This document shows positions 10,247 through 21,928 of a stretch of 64,000 bases of DNA, one piece after another (position 1 is the stretch's first letter; every line of letters starts with the position of its first letter). The notes beneath the pieces are model-generated. The model searched no databases. It saw nothing but the letters and a program-made list of their open reading frames with translations, and was not told where the DNA came from. The position numbers were made by a program, and so were the translations under genes. The DNA comes from Epithemia pelagica (lineage: Eukaryota > Protista > Bacillariophyta), in NCBI GenBank assembly GCA_946965045.2, contig OX337234.1, forward strand, positions 1,984,001-2,048,000, given 5' to 3'.

Positions 10247-12673
10247 TTAGCATGTCGGTGACGGTGGCATGAGAACCTGTAAAATGGGTTTGAAAAAGTC
10301 GGAAGAATCGTCTTCTTTATTTGACAATCCATTCCGTGGTTTCCAATTCACGTGCAGTTCTACGGCCAAGTCGTAGGGTGTTTGATCATTGGCATTGGTC
10401 CAATGCACCGCCTCGGGATGCGCTTGACGGAGACACTCAAGTTTGGCCACAATCGTATCCAACGATTTGTTCTGGTCGTGGGGTCCATGTTCCTGGAATA
10501 GCCCCATCACGGCACAATGCAAGGGCGTCGAAAAGTCATCCAAGGTACAGGCAGCCGCTCGTCGATCGGATTGGACCAACCATTGCAAGACATGTACATT
10601 ACAGCCATACAAGGCGGCCAGATGCAATGGTTTGTGCCATGTCTTGGTGGCGGCTCCAATCACGGCTGGACCAGAAGCTTGCAAGGCTTGCAAAATATCA
10701 AGCCCCAATCGGTGTTGACAGGCATAATGGAGGGGTGTGAATCCTTGGGCATCGGCCAATTGGGCTGCCGTAGGATATTGTTCCAATAACAATTGTACTG
10801 TATCCAATCGACAGTGATACGATTGACAGGCCAAATGCAAGGGTGTTTGATGAAATTCGGTATTGGTAAAGCGGGCGGCATCCGGAAACTTGTCCAAGAG
10901 GAAGGATATGACCTTGTAATTGTCGTGTTGATGAAGACATGCGTAATGAAGAGGCAAACCTATCGAAGAGGAGGATTCGACTCCAATGGCTTCGGGGTAG
11001 GCGTCGTAGGCAGCTTGACACCCTTGCAGCCATCCAATGGCGCAAAAGTAATGCAGCGGTAAACAAACGGCATGTTCTGCCGTATGACACACATTGCCAC
11101 CTTGAGAAGGTGGTGGATACTTGACTTGACAGACCATGGGATGATGTGCCATCCAGGACAAGAGACCATCTCCACAGTGGTCATTTTCTTCCTGTTCGAT
11201 TTGGCCCAACAGTACATTCATTTGATCTGATACACTCCTCAAGTAGGGGAAATGAATGTCATCAATTCTCCCACACTCCAATGGATCGGCAGGATCCAAA
11301 ATTTCAGGATACTCCAATGGTTCACATCCACCACAAGTACCCTCCATGCTTGTACCAGGAGGACAGAAATCCACTACAGATCCTTCGGCTTCTTGCTCCA
11401 TCGGTTCCGAAAACGAAATGTGAGAAGGAACGAGACATCGATTGTTGTTATTGTTTTGATAAAAGACAGTGCGCCGACGCGCCGAGCTCCCAGTGTGTTG
11501 ACGTTTGGCAACGACAGCTGGATGATGATAGGGTGTACTGGCCGTGCCAGTGACTGGATGGCTCTCTGGGTGGTCCGTATCGGTCCAGTACGAAGACGTT
11601 ACCGAAAGGCGAGAAGACTGTTGTTGTTGTTGTTGTTTGTGTTGCTCTTGAAAATGGGCATGCGCCCGTAACAATTCTTTCAAGGAAGGATTGAGCGCCG
11701 AGCAAGACGACTTTATCGCAGAGTCGTCAGAGCAAGACGGAGAATTGGAAGACGAGGACTTGGAGGAGGAATTCGAAGAAGAAGACGAGGACGAACTGCT
11801 TTGCGTGGTGCTGGTTGGTTTGTTGTAGTGTTTCGAGGCTGTTAGGAAATCCAAAAGAAAGGACTGTGGTTTCTTGATCCATCCTGAGTAACTGCTTTTG
11901 CTGTCACAACAAGACTCTTCTTCTTCTGCGTCCTCTTGATGTTCCAAGCTCGGACTGGAAGAGGAGGAAGAGTTTGGAGGATTACTTTCGTTCACCAACG
12001 TATCATCTTCCAATGCGACTCGCGATTGTTCCTGCCGTTGGCTGGTGACATCCCGAGTGTTGGATTCCACGCTGAGTTGTTTCTTTTTCCAACTCAACAT
12101 AGGTTGCTCTTCGTCCTCGTCGTCGTCCTCCTCTTCTTCACTGTGTTCGGTTTCTTCCAAAAATCCTCGAACATCAATGGAAACAAAGGGAATTTTGGGC
12201 ATGGGAGGAACTCCCTCTTCCATGCTTTGATTCAAAAAGTAGTCATCATCATCCTCGTCTTGTTCTTGAATCATCCATTGTTGAATTTGACTTTGCAACG
12301 ATCGAATTCGGTTGCTCCCTGTCGACAGGACACTGGGAGCATCCTCGTCCGCATCCGCCGTGACAGGACCTGTGGTCCACTCTTGGGTGACGTCCTGTTT
12401 CTGGTCCATTAGTGGAGAATCCATGGTTGGTTGTGAATAATGGGAGTCTCCCGCTGCAACACGGCTCGACTCGTTTTGTTCTTGTTGTGCTACGACTTGT
12501 TGTGCACTTTCTGGTTCTTCATGTTGTTGTTGTTCTTGCGACTCGTTGTGTGATGAACCTTGGTGGTGGAGTGGGAGATTCTCGTGTTCGTCATCATCAT
12601 CATCGTCGATTGGATCGGGCCGTCGAGCATGAAACAGCCCATTGTAGAAAAACATGGGAATTGTATACAACAT
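10247..12673 (-). CDS. Ankyrin-repeat protein with long acidic/Ser-rich N-terminus
   Basis: C-terminal repeats LPLHYAC, TPLHLAC, FTPLHYAC, KPLHLAA, STPLHCA and QTPYDLA in an 808-aa ORF. Confidence 0.85.
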   Translation of the reverse strand: MLYTIPMFFYNGLFHARRPDPIDDDDDDEHENLPLHHQGSSHNESQEQQQHEEPESAQQVVAQQEQNESSRVAAGDSHYSQPTMDSPLMDQKQDVTQEWTTGPVTADADEDAPSVLSTGSNRIRSLQSQIQQWMIQEQDEDDDDYFLNQSMEEGVPPMPKIPFVSIDVRGFLEETEHSEEEEDDDEDEEQPMLSWKKKQLSVESNTRDVTSQRQEQSRVALEDDTLVNESNPPNSSSSSSPSLEHQEDAEEEESCCDSKSSYSGWIKKPQSFLLDFLTASKHYNKPTSTTQSSSSSSSSSNSSSKSSSSNSPSCSDDSAIKSSCSALNPSLKELLRAHAHFQEQHKQQQQQQSSRLSVTSSYWTDTDHPESHPVTGTASTPYHHPAVVAKRQHTGSSARRRTVFYQNNNNNRCLVPSHISFSEPMEQEAEGSVVDFCPPGTSMEGTCGGCEPLEYPEILDPADPLECGRIDDIHFPYLRSVSDQMNVLLGQIEQEENDHCGDGLLSWMAHHPMVCQVKYPPPSQGGNVCHTAEHAVCLPLHYFCAIGWLQGCQAAYDAYPEAIGVESSSSIGLPLHYACLHQHDNYKVISFLLDKFPDAARFTNTEFHQTPLHLACQSYHCRLDTVQLLLEQYPTAAQLADAQGFTPLHYACQHRLGLDILQALQASGPAVIGAATKTWHKPLHLAALYGCNVHVLQWLVQSDRRAAACTLDDFSTPLHCAVMGLFQEHGPHDQNKSLDTIVAKLECLRQAHPEAVHWTNANDQTPYDLAVELHVNWKPRNGLSNKEDDSSDFFKPILQVLMPPSPTC

Positions 12674-13726
12674 GATGATAATTGCTTCGAATCACGAGAA
12701 ATGGAAACAACGACACGTAGTATCAAGTTTTGTGTTGCGATGACAAATGGAGATGGACTCCCACCAAAACTCGGCACGCAAGAAACCAAGACAACCGACC
12801 GTTTGGTGAACGATTCGTTGGTCGAAACAAGAGAGGATATACTCCACTTCAATGAATCTGTTCCCCACCACACTCCAACTCAGATGAAAGGAGACTCCAA
12901 CACAACACACGAGAGGTAGATGGCATTCACACGAGTCGAAACTCTCCTCGTTGATTTCTGATTTCTTGTCCACTTGCAGCAGTGCTAAGTGATGAGAGAC
13001 GGAAACGACTGCTGTCTGATGTATACTGGAACCTTTCGGAACACACACAATTCGGGCGGACCTGTCGTTTGCGACAGGTGCAGTCAGTCCGTTGATTCCA
13101 AAGCTTCTGAGGAGATGCACAAAATAAGCTTTTACTCTCTATAGCAGTATAATAAAATATATTGGTTGTCTTGTGGTACTGGGTACTGGTACTGGTACCT
13201 CGTTTCAACGAGCACAACTCACCAACGGGTCGCTCGATGCTCGATCGATTGTTCGGAGTTCGGATGTGGCGGATGCAAGATGCAACACTTCCGCGATGTG
13301 CTCTCCGTTGCAATAAGTACTTATTGTGATAAAGCATTGGTGCGATGGACAGCATCCGACCAGCCGGCGTGCATGGGGATTTCTTATATGTCAGGCCGGC
13401 GTGCAGAGTCCATCACGGATCACATCTTGCTAAGCCCATGATTTGAAAGCCTCTACTCGTACTCGTACTCGTATGATGTAAGTCACGAACAAGACATTGG
13501 GCTTATTTGATAAAAATGGGCATAAGCAATTTAAATCAAAAAGGAAGGCTCCATATCAATGTACCTACATAAACACGACAGAAGAGGGACTTAAAAGCGA
13601 CTCTTTCTGGAATCCACAACCACCACCAAAAACTTTGTTCCATCGATATCCGATCTTCCATTTTCCATTGCATCCGAAACACCAGAGTATTGTCCCGGTC
13701 TCTCTCATTCGCGTGTTCTCTCCCTC

Positions 13727-14170
13727 ATGAGCGTCAATGAAGTCCGTGCTACCAAGGCGAAAGAGGCCTTTGTGGTCCGAGGTTCGGGACCCCCCAATAA
13801 TCGAACCTTTTGCATTGGCGATGAAGATCATACCATTGGCAACGCCTTGCGGCATGTCTTGATGCAACAAGAACATGTTGGATTTGCCGGATATTCCGTT
13901 CCCCATCCGTCCGAACCCGTTGTACAAATTCGAGTCCAAACCATTGCGCTGCCGCACGAGACGGAACCACCACCAGCGGTGAATGTGTTGAAACAGGCCT
14001 GTCAAACCCTCATGGATCAATGTGATATTGTGTTGGAACAATTGGAAACCACCTGTCCGGAAACCAAACAAGATCGATTGGACGTTGAGCGCAAATTTTT
14101 GGAATATGCGGCCGCGGACGATGAAGAAGACGAAGAAGTAGTGGATCATGAAGAAATGATGGAAGAGTGA
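13727..14170 (+). CDS. POLR1D: RNA polymerase I/III shared subunit AC19 (RPB11-like)
   Basis: DEDHTIGNALRHVLM and FAGYSVPHPSE...IRVQT are the RPB11/AC19 dimerisation-domain motifs; the YSVPHPSE form fits AC19. Confidence 0.88.
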   Translation: MSVNEVRATKAKEAFVVRGSGPPNNRTFCIGDEDHTIGNALRHVLMQQEHVGFAGYSVPHPSEPVVQIRVQTIALPHETEPPPAVNVLKQACQTLMDQCDIVLEQLETTCPETKQDRLDVERKFLEYAAADDEEDEEVVDHEEMMEE

Positions 14171-14845
14171 AGGAAACGCGGTCACGGTAGTTGGTTTGCT
14201 GTCTTTCCATCTTGTACTTGGCTCGGTTTGTTGGCCATACAAACGACCTGCTTGTCTTGGTTCATGGGCTGGTCAATTCTAATACAGTTTCAACGATATG
14301 CGTCCTGTTCATGGTACGGGAAATTACGACAGGAATGGGGCGATCCTGAACTGGTTCCACCTTAGAAACGGTGTGGTTTGCCGAGTTTTGTCAGAGGCTA
14401 CCGTGCTGACAGAAAAAAGTACATTGAGATTTTCTAATATTGTATTACTCGTAGACTTTAATAGATCATGTCATTGTGAATCTCATGAGAGGAGTTGGAG
14501 TATCATTCATTGTCTTGCACAATGGACGATTCCACGATTGTGTGTTTCAACGACTTTTCCCATATAAACATGGCTTCTATGAAACAACAATTGCCGACCA
14601 GGTGGCATTTTCGATAGTATCGTTCCAGCGTCCATTACGATCATGACTTGGAAACTGCACGATGTGCGCAGCGGTCCCATCAAGTGAAACAAGCTGCATC
14701 AGTCAACAAAGGTCTTGACATACTATCACGGTATGAAAAGACGGGTGGTGAAACGCTTGTAGCTTTCCGAGATGGTGATTGACAAAGGATACAGGAGTGG
14801 CCCAGGGTAAAGCCTCTCGTGGAGGCATTCCATGTCCAAACAGAG

Positions 14846-17209
14846 CTACAGATTCCGGACCACAAAGCTATTCTGGTACCCCAAACTGGAAAATACCTTG
14901 GTGCTTTCGGAAATCAGAATTTCTTCACCTGCGCTGTTGACTTGATAAATTGACATAAAGTCCACCCGCGTCACTCCATCCGATTCTGCATCCATCATCC
15001 GAAAGGTGTAGGAACCCAGCGGGGCCATCCACCATGTTTCTTCGATGGACAGCGGCGTGATTTCCGTTCCTTCACTCGGACCACTAATCACGGGCGTTGC
15101 ACCCTTTACAATGGTCCAACTCAAACCTAACGGCTTGTCATCGTACCGAACGACAATTTTAATCGCCGCCATGCCAGGCGTTGGCATCCACACGGGTGCC
15201 TTGCTGGGAGCAACAGTGGGACTGTCGGTCCCTAGTCCCGTCGCAGGGGTTCGTAAATTCACATTAAAATTCAAGTTTTTTTGATACACAAAGAATCCCT
15301 GACTCTGATAAATGATTGGTTCATCGTCTTTGCCCTTTATCAGATGGATTGTCAAAGAGTCTGTAGATCCTTGTACATTTGTATCATACATGACCACGTC
15401 GAAGGAACGGCCAAACTTGACTTGTACTTCCTGAATCTCTTGGCCCAAGCTGGCTCTGGGACCTGGTTGACCCTTGAGAACCACGCTTTTTCCACCATTG
15501 CTGGTTCGTTGACTCAACTCCCAGTAACGCATCGAGTTACTGTTGCCAAAGGTAAAGACCAGTCGAATCGTGACCATGTCGAGAGTGGGAGCCGGTGTAG
15601 GTCTCACGGTCGGTGGCACCGTGGGGATACTGGTGGGCTGAATTGTCGGTGTGGCAGTGGTTTGGTTGGTTGTGGGTGCCGCCACGGGAGCTGGCGTCGT
15701 CGGACGGGCTGTCGGAGTCGCCGTGGGAGGGCGTGTTGGTAGAGGGGTCGGAGGAATGGTTGGAGCAAGGGGTGTGCCTTCCCTTGACACGACAAAGGTC
15801 AATTCCTTTTTTTCCAGAAAATATCCCCTTGTTTGCGAAATGACAATCCTCCTCCCACCATTCATGTATTGAGAAATGGTCAACTCGTCATTCGATCCTC
15901 GAATGTCCGTGTCGTACAAGGTTAACCGGTACTGTCCATAGGGGACTGTGACAAAGGATATTTCCTGACTGTTTTTGGCCTTTGGGGCTATAGGACCTTG
16001 TTTCACTTGTTGTCGATTCGATCCCGTGATTCGTTCCAATACCCAATAGCGAATAGACTCGTTATCTCCAAAGACAAAATTCAGCATGAGCAGGGCCGTG
16101 GACGACGTGGGAGAGGGTGTGGGTTGCACCGTCGGGGAAGCGGTGGGCAAAGGGGTGGGTCGTGGTGTCGGCGATTTGGTGGGACGAGGCGTGGGACGAC
16201 GTGTCGGTGCAGGGGTGGGTCGTGGTGTCGGCGATTTGGTGGGACGAGGCGTGGGACGGGGCGTGGGACGAGGCGTGGGTGATTTGGTGGGACGAGGAGT
16301 GGGTGACTTTGTGGGAGCCGGTGTGGGTTGTTTGGTAACGGGAGGATTGCAATAATCGGGTTTCAAGGAGGACAAACTACATCGTTGATCTTGAATCCAG
16401 GAATAGGCTGCACTGACGCGGGCATAGACTCCCGAGTGACTGGCTCGAGCACAGCCGACACCAAAGGAGACAATGCCTACTTGTACCCATTCGGAACCAA
16501 TCTTGCTCAGAAGGGGACCTCCCGAATCGCCCTGACAACTATCTTTTCCACCACCGTCGACACCCGCACAAATCATGACACTATCGACAATGTTGGAAGA
16601 ATATTGGTTTTGACACTTTTGATGCGGGGTAACCTTGACATCGACTTCTTGAAGAACATTGGTAATGGCTCCTCCTTCGGTAGTTGCTCCAAATCCAATC
16701 ACTTTGGTCCACGCGTTGTTGCTGGGCGTGGCCAAGTTGTCATTGAGACGTATCGGGGCAAAGGAATCGACCCGTTGATTCAACTTGACCAACATGATAT
16801 CATATCTCTGACTAAAACTGCTGTACCACGGATGCTTGACAAATCTGGTCACGGAGCGATATTCCGTGTCACTTTCTCGATCGGCCTTGTTTCGTCGCGT
16901 CGTTCCAATCATGACCACGTTGCCTACTTCAAAGGCTCGCTCACAGTGCGCCGCCGTCAAGACCAGGTCATCATGAATCAAACTTCCTCCACAAAGAGTA
17001 TTTTGGGTCGACACGACAAACCAACGATAGGTGCGACGTGGAACGGCCGTGCCACCCACAATGCGGGGAGAGGCCGTAACGTTACTGCTGCTGCTGCTGT
17101 TGTTGGCGGTGATGATCAGGTCGGAGGCATTGACCAATCGACAATGCTGTGGCAACGCCCACCATGTGGCGGCCAGAAACATCATCAAGCGTTTGAAAGC
17201 GTCCATCAT
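14846..17209 (-). CDS. Secreted trypsin-like serine protease with Pro/Thr linkers and three C-terminal ~100-aa modules
   Basis: Hydrophobic N-terminal leader, IVGG mature start, triad LTAAHC / DIMLVKL / GDSGGP, and S1 Asp in KDSC. Confidence 0.92.
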   Translation of the reverse strand: MMDAFKRLMMFLAATWWALPQHCRLVNASDLIITANNSSSSSNVTASPRIVGGTAVPRRTYRWFVVSTQNTLCGGSLIHDDLVLTAAHCERAFEVGNVVMIGTTRRNKADRESDTEYRSVTRFVKHPWYSSFSQRYDIMLVKLNQRVDSFAPIRLNDNLATPSNNAWTKVIGFGATTEGGAITNVLQEVDVKVTPHQKCQNQYSSNIVDSVMICAGVDGGGKDSCQGDSGGPLLSKIGSEWVQVGIVSFGVGCARASHSGVYARVSAAYSWIQDQRCSLSSLKPDYCNPPVTKQPTPAPTKSPTPRPTKSPTPRPTPRPTPRPTKSPTPRPTPAPTRRPTPRPTKSPTPRPTPLPTASPTVQPTPSPTSSTALLMLNFVFGDNESIRYWVLERITGSNRQQVKQGPIAPKAKNSQEISFVTVPYGQYRLTLYDTDIRGSNDELTISQYMNGGRRIVISQTRGYFLEKKELTFVVSREGTPLAPTIPPTPLPTRPPTATPTARPTTPAPVAAPTTNQTTATPTIQPTSIPTVPPTVRPTPAPTLDMVTIRLVFTFGNSNSMRYWELSQRTSNGGKSVVLKGQPGPRASLGQEIQEVQVKFGRSFDVVMYDTNVQGSTDSLTIHLIKGKDDEPIIYQSQGFFVYQKNLNFNVNLRTPATGLGTDSPTVAPSKAPVWMPTPGMAAIKIVVRYDDKPLGLSWTIVKGATPVISGPSEGTEITPLSIEETWWMAPLGSYTFRMMDAESDGVTRVDFMSIYQVNSAGEEILISESTKVFSSLGYQNSFVVRNL
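16090..16330 (-). repeat. Coding Pro/Thr tandem repeat (PTPRPTKS / PTPAPT), mucin-like linker
   Basis: 12-nt subunits. An exact 48-nt block recurs with 60-nt period (16151-16198 = 16211-16258). Confidence 0.85.
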
Positions 17210-19231
17210 TCTTTTTCGAGAGCTTTTTTCAAAGAAGGAATTTTTGGGAACAATGTTGTTGTCAATCGACGTCCTGCTCGGGCCATGTCATTGCGCTTTC
17301 AATCACACCGTTTCCACATCTTTCGACGTCGAGCTTCGCTCTGTGGAGCTTGCTTCCTGATGGCTCTCAAAGTTCGCTGTTTTCTTGTCAACGTTCACTT
17401 CTTCCACTTTCGACTGGCTCCACAACATTGGTTGGTCCCTTGGTGTCCATCCACGATTTGGAGAAACGACAGTGAGCGATGACCGTCTGTGCCAGTTCGG
17501 CACGCGTACATGGGGGGAAAGGCAATTGTAATATGATCATCTACTATTGCCTCTCGATGTGGTTGGGATATTTTGTCCAATAAGTACCGTCTGGAATCTG
17601 TTAAGTAGACATCAAGCCCAAAGCAGTTCTAAAATGGTATTCGCGCCAGTCGCCCTCGCCACACTCATTGTTTTTTCTCATGTTTCATTCCCATGGCGCA
17701 TAATTCGGAACTGGTCCCATTCGTGGCGGCGAAGGACGGAGCAATTCGCTGCGAATGTGATCACACCATCGTCATTCGCAAGAGGAGGGAATGGAACGAC
17801 CAATCGTTATTCAATGCAATTACGCAAACGAGGAACAGCTGCGCTACAAACTCTCTGAAACCAATGGTAGATCCATGGTTCGAACTTGCCTCGAACCAAA
17901 ATGGAAGATCCATGATTAAGGAGCTACAAAAACGGTATACAGTTGCTGTCTAGCTTTCAGATTCAGAGGCCATGCCAATCTTTGACTTTTCTCTATGACG
18001 CTCATCACTTTGTCTCCCCGTCTTGCTGTCGAATTCAGCTCCACCTTGTCGACTTCTCTGGAACCGCTGAGATCCATATTGCCAAATCTTCTTTGACGAA
18101 AAAGAGATCAAACAGGAAAGTATTTCACAGCTGCACTTGACAGTTTTGTCGTTTGTCCATGACATTTGGACTCATGAGATTCAACCAATTGATGTATCAA
18201 ACCCCGTGGGGTTACATGCATGCTTTTTTAACCTGGTAGACGAGTCGGTAAGAATGAGAATCCGCCATTGCTTCAATGGATACAATCTCTATCGTTCTGT
18301 CTGTGATATTGTATACGACCTGCTTCCATGGTCACACACCTGTCAGTTGCCCTCATTTATTTCGACGGGATGGGACTCGCCAATTGGATGTTCTCATAGT
18401 TTCAAAACGAGACACAAGCAAACCCCGACAACTACTCCACTTAGACATGTGTAAGGCCTGCGTGAGACTACCGTTACAGATAAAGTTAGATAGGATAGAA
18501 GACGTTAAACCATTCCAGCCCTGTCTGAAACCACGATTGAGGAAGACGGAAGAGAGAGAAGGACACACGAAAGAAAGAAATCGATGTCCCTTTCCGTTGA
18601 GCATTGGTGGGGCGCTGACAGAAGAGTGTACGCATGTCTTTGTCTTGTATGTGCCAATCGCCGATTCAGTTCAACTTAAATCACTCCCATAGTGCTTCCT
18701 TGCGTGGCTGCCTCGCACACGAATGTTGCGAGTTGGGCAGCGACAACGGGAAGGGCCCATATTTTTCTACGTTCGAGCAGTAACGGCTTCAGAGTATCAT
18801 TGGCAGCAACAAGTGGGAATGAATTCAGATGCTAAGGAGTATTCCTCTTGTTTCCCTATGCGTTTACCCATACAGTTTTGAATCTCCGATCATCACGCGG
18901 ACTCGCAACGGAAAAATAGCCGAGCCATCACTTATTTCCGGGCTAGCCCACTTAGGTGGGGGGTGGCACTCAAACGTTGATTTAGGGCGCACGTGACAGA
19001 AATACGACTCCGCATGCGTGTCCAAGACGAAATCGCGGTTAACCACGTTTGTTAAGACAGATTGGGACAGGTTTCGAAGGCCGACAGCATAACAAAAAAA
19101 ATCGACTCACTCCCCCACCAGAAACCAACAAACAAGACGTCTCGTTTTCCTTCGAAAGAGAAGAAAAAGTGTATTCGACTCACAAACACCAACCACGACA
19201 AAAACAAAACACAACTGAGAAACGATAAACC

Positions 19232-19774
19232 ATGACTCTCCACACCGGCATTAAGGCTCACCAACTGAGGTCAACCTTCGACCGAAGCAAGGCAGTGCTA
19301 AACGTTGATGATGTCGATGAGAAGAGCCTTCGAGTGAAACCAGGAGTCTTGCGTCACAAGACGTTGAAGAAATACAAGACAGCGAAGAAATCTGTCAGTT
19401 TTTCAAATTATGCAAGCGTTGTGGTCCGAAACGTTCCAGCTGAGGAATACAGGGCACGGTGGCTCCAACCGTCTGAATACATTGAAATCGAGAGAAGACG
19501 CCGCGGCACAGTGCATGCTATCATTGAAGCCAACGGTGAATTGAACCGGTTAAATGAACGAGAACACTGCGTACGAGGTCTGGAGAACCAATTGTCCCCT
19601 CAACAATGCATCCGTCGAAGAAAAACAAACATGCGCTATCGACAGCTTTTGATGGAAGAACAAGGGTTCCAAATAAAATGTGGACTGAACGATCCCGAAG
19701 CACTTCGTCGCCTCTCGGAAATTTTCAGCCACCAGTCTTCAAACCAAGCACGGATTCGTGCCCTTATCGATTGA
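19232..19774 (+). CDS. Small protein of a family common in diatom genomes, function unknown
   Basis: Pattern KSVSF...W....EY...CVRGLE...LLMEEQ..Q...DPE.L...S...A...A..D, recognised from recall of diatom hypothetical proteins; no database check was possible. Confidence 0.7.
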   Translation: MTLHTGIKAHQLRSTFDRSKAVLNVDDVDEKSLRVKPGVLRHKTLKKYKTAKKSVSFSNYASVVVRNVPAEEYRARWLQPSEYIEIERRRRGTVHAIIEANGELNRLNEREHCVRGLENQLSPQQCIRRRKTNMRYRQLLMEEQGFQIKCGLNDPEALRRLSEIFSHQSSNQARIRALID

Positions 19775-20248
19775 TTCACACTTATTCGATCATCGAAAGC
19801 TATTGGTTTTGTATACAGTGCTTCATAACGTTTCAACCATAGACTACTTTAACCTATTTTGAGTTCCAAATTCCAATGCGATTGCTTCATTTAGTTCGTT
19901 CCGTGGCATGGCTTCCTTATTACGAAAGTCGTGTCTTCATGCGCGAAGAAAGTCACGGATGGGGTTGCCTGCTCGGCTTTGTTCGCGTTGGTGACTGTTA
20001 TTTCGTTCGTCCTTTTTTGGGACATTCGCGAACAATAGGAACAGAACACAATCGAACGCGCACACTACTTGTAGCGTTTGTGTACTGACTGACCTTGACT
20101 GACCGTGTACTCGTGACTCGTGCGTACTACATACACATACACTGTCTGTCGGCTACAGAATAGGGACTTTGAGTCCCATTAATTTGAATTTTGAATCCAG
20201 AATGCTTTCTTTCTTCTTTCCCCAGTGTCCATTTTTGGATTGGGCACA

Positions 20249-21217
20249 ATGATGGGCGAAAGATATAGAATAGACAGTGTTTGGGCCATTGCCATCGTTG
20301 CTCTCTTCATTGTAAGCAATAACATTGCGCACTGCTTCCAAGGGACAATCTTTGACAGAACCCCCGGATCATTGGCAGAGCATTCAAAGGCAACAGCCTT
20401 TAAAGACCTTTTTACGATCCGAGCTGTGACTCACCGTCATTCTTCCGACTGGAAGACATCGACCACTCGCACTGAAACACCAATTCACCCTGAGATAACG
20501 GCTTCACTTGTCAAGCCTGTTGAAGCCAGCCATGCGTCGCCTCACTGGCATCAATTTGTTCCCAAGCTTTGGGATAACCCCAGGGGTATCGACATTCGCA
20601 TTTCCTGGGTCTGTCCCTCTCTTCAGCAATCCGAATCGACTAAAATCGCATATTCGTTCCTTGACACCATTGAAGAAACAAGAAGGTTACCAATTATTGG
20701 ACGACGGACTTTGGAAAAGGAGCTTGCCGAATGGATGAGATGTTTTGAGCGTTATTGTGGCAATTACTTGGTACCATTCAATGATAACGGAATGGTATTG
20801 TCGGCAAGGCTTGTTTGCAACAGAGGCGCTGCTTCCACAAAGTGTCCCAAGTGGCATCAAGATTATGTTCCATTTCGATGGATCCAAGCTTTGGTGGGAC
20901 CTGGATGTGAATGGGTGGAACCATTTGCCTCAGATGCAACAACTCGCTTTGTAGAAAGAAGCAATGCGAACTACGATGCTGTGAAAAGGACGCGTGGTAC
21001 ACAGCAAGATGATCATGAGCTAAATTCATTGAATTGTCAGGTTCATAGAGCGGAGACAGGCCAAGCCATCATTCTATTGGGGAAGAAGTGGAATTCAAAA
21101 GCCAGGGAGAACTCAGAACTGGAACCAGTAATCCACAAGTCTCCTGACGGCATTCGCCCATGGCAAGGCCGTGTGTTGCTCACAATGGATGTTGAGGAGG
21201 AGGATGCAAATGCATAG
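20249..21217 (+). CDS. DUF1826-family protein, copy 1, with putative bipartite plastid leader
   Basis: CPKWHQDYVPFRWIQALVGPGCEW, ILLGKKW, VIHKSP and GRVLLTMD match DUF1826 (HxD...H). N-terminal hydrophobic stretch ends AHC-F. Confidence 0.8.
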   Translation: MMGERYRIDSVWAIAIVALFIVSNNIAHCFQGTIFDRTPGSLAEHSKATAFKDLFTIRAVTHRHSSDWKTSTTRTETPIHPEITASLVKPVEASHASPHWHQFVPKLWDNPRGIDIRISWVCPSLQQSESTKIAYSFLDTIEETRRLPIIGRRTLEKELAEWMRCFERYCGNYLVPFNDNGMVLSARLVCNRGAASTKCPKWHQDYVPFRWIQALVGPGCEWVEPFASDATTRFVERSNANYDAVKRTRGTQQDDHELNSLNCQVHRAETGQAIILLGKKWNSKARENSELEPVIHKSPDGIRPWQGRVLLTMDVEEEDANA

Positions 21218-21928
21218 ATTTGTGGAAGTAGGATGTATTGAATAGTTGTAGCGAATGCAATTGTAACTTGTTAGCTTGTTTGTTGTCCGATGGATTCTAT
21301 ACATCCGAAATCCGAACAAGAGTGCAAATTGTGAGCGTCCCTCTAAAGAGAAAAGAAGATACGAATCCTGATCTGCAAGCTTAGTGTAATTGTCCTCCTT
21401 CGACGTCAGTTTCCCATGAGCAGGGTCAGCGAATACATCATCATCACACTCTCGCCAGTGGGATGAAAGAAGTACTCCTAGTGAACTGGAGGATGGTACG
21501 ATTCACGATCTATGGTTATTCGTTATTCGATGACCATCGGCCATGGTTCATGTTGAAAAGGCCATTGGGAATTGCGACTGCGAGCTGCGAGCGGCTTGAC
21601 AGGCTTTGACAGGCCATTCTCGGTCACGCTTGGAGTCCGTTCCAACCAATCACATCATTTTCAGGACCAAATTTTGATCTTGGACTCTGCGCGCCGGATG
21701 GAATAACGAACAGGGTAAGGACAAGATACCCGAAAAAGCCAAAAGGCCATTGAGAGGGAGAGATGGATGACTTTTCTGGAGAAGGAAGTCGAAACCGACG
21801 GATCATGTCAAAACCAGACATATTATTTCCTTCACCCTTGTTGTTGAAAGCATTCCTCTGAATCAAGGACTCTGATCATCATCGAAATTGATTTCATAAC
21901 AGGACCAACGTAGTTCAAAGCCACAAGT

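Noticed and set aside
16328-17482. 384-aa plus-strand ORF
   Set aside because: It is the antisense shadow of the trypsin gene and has no motifs of its own. The same applies to 6431-7054, 40259-41221, 62263-63036 and 63352-63987.
17500-19200. Short ORFs in the 1.7-kb intergenic stretch (possible TE relic)
   Set aside because: I found no recognisable domain, terminal repeats or TSD.
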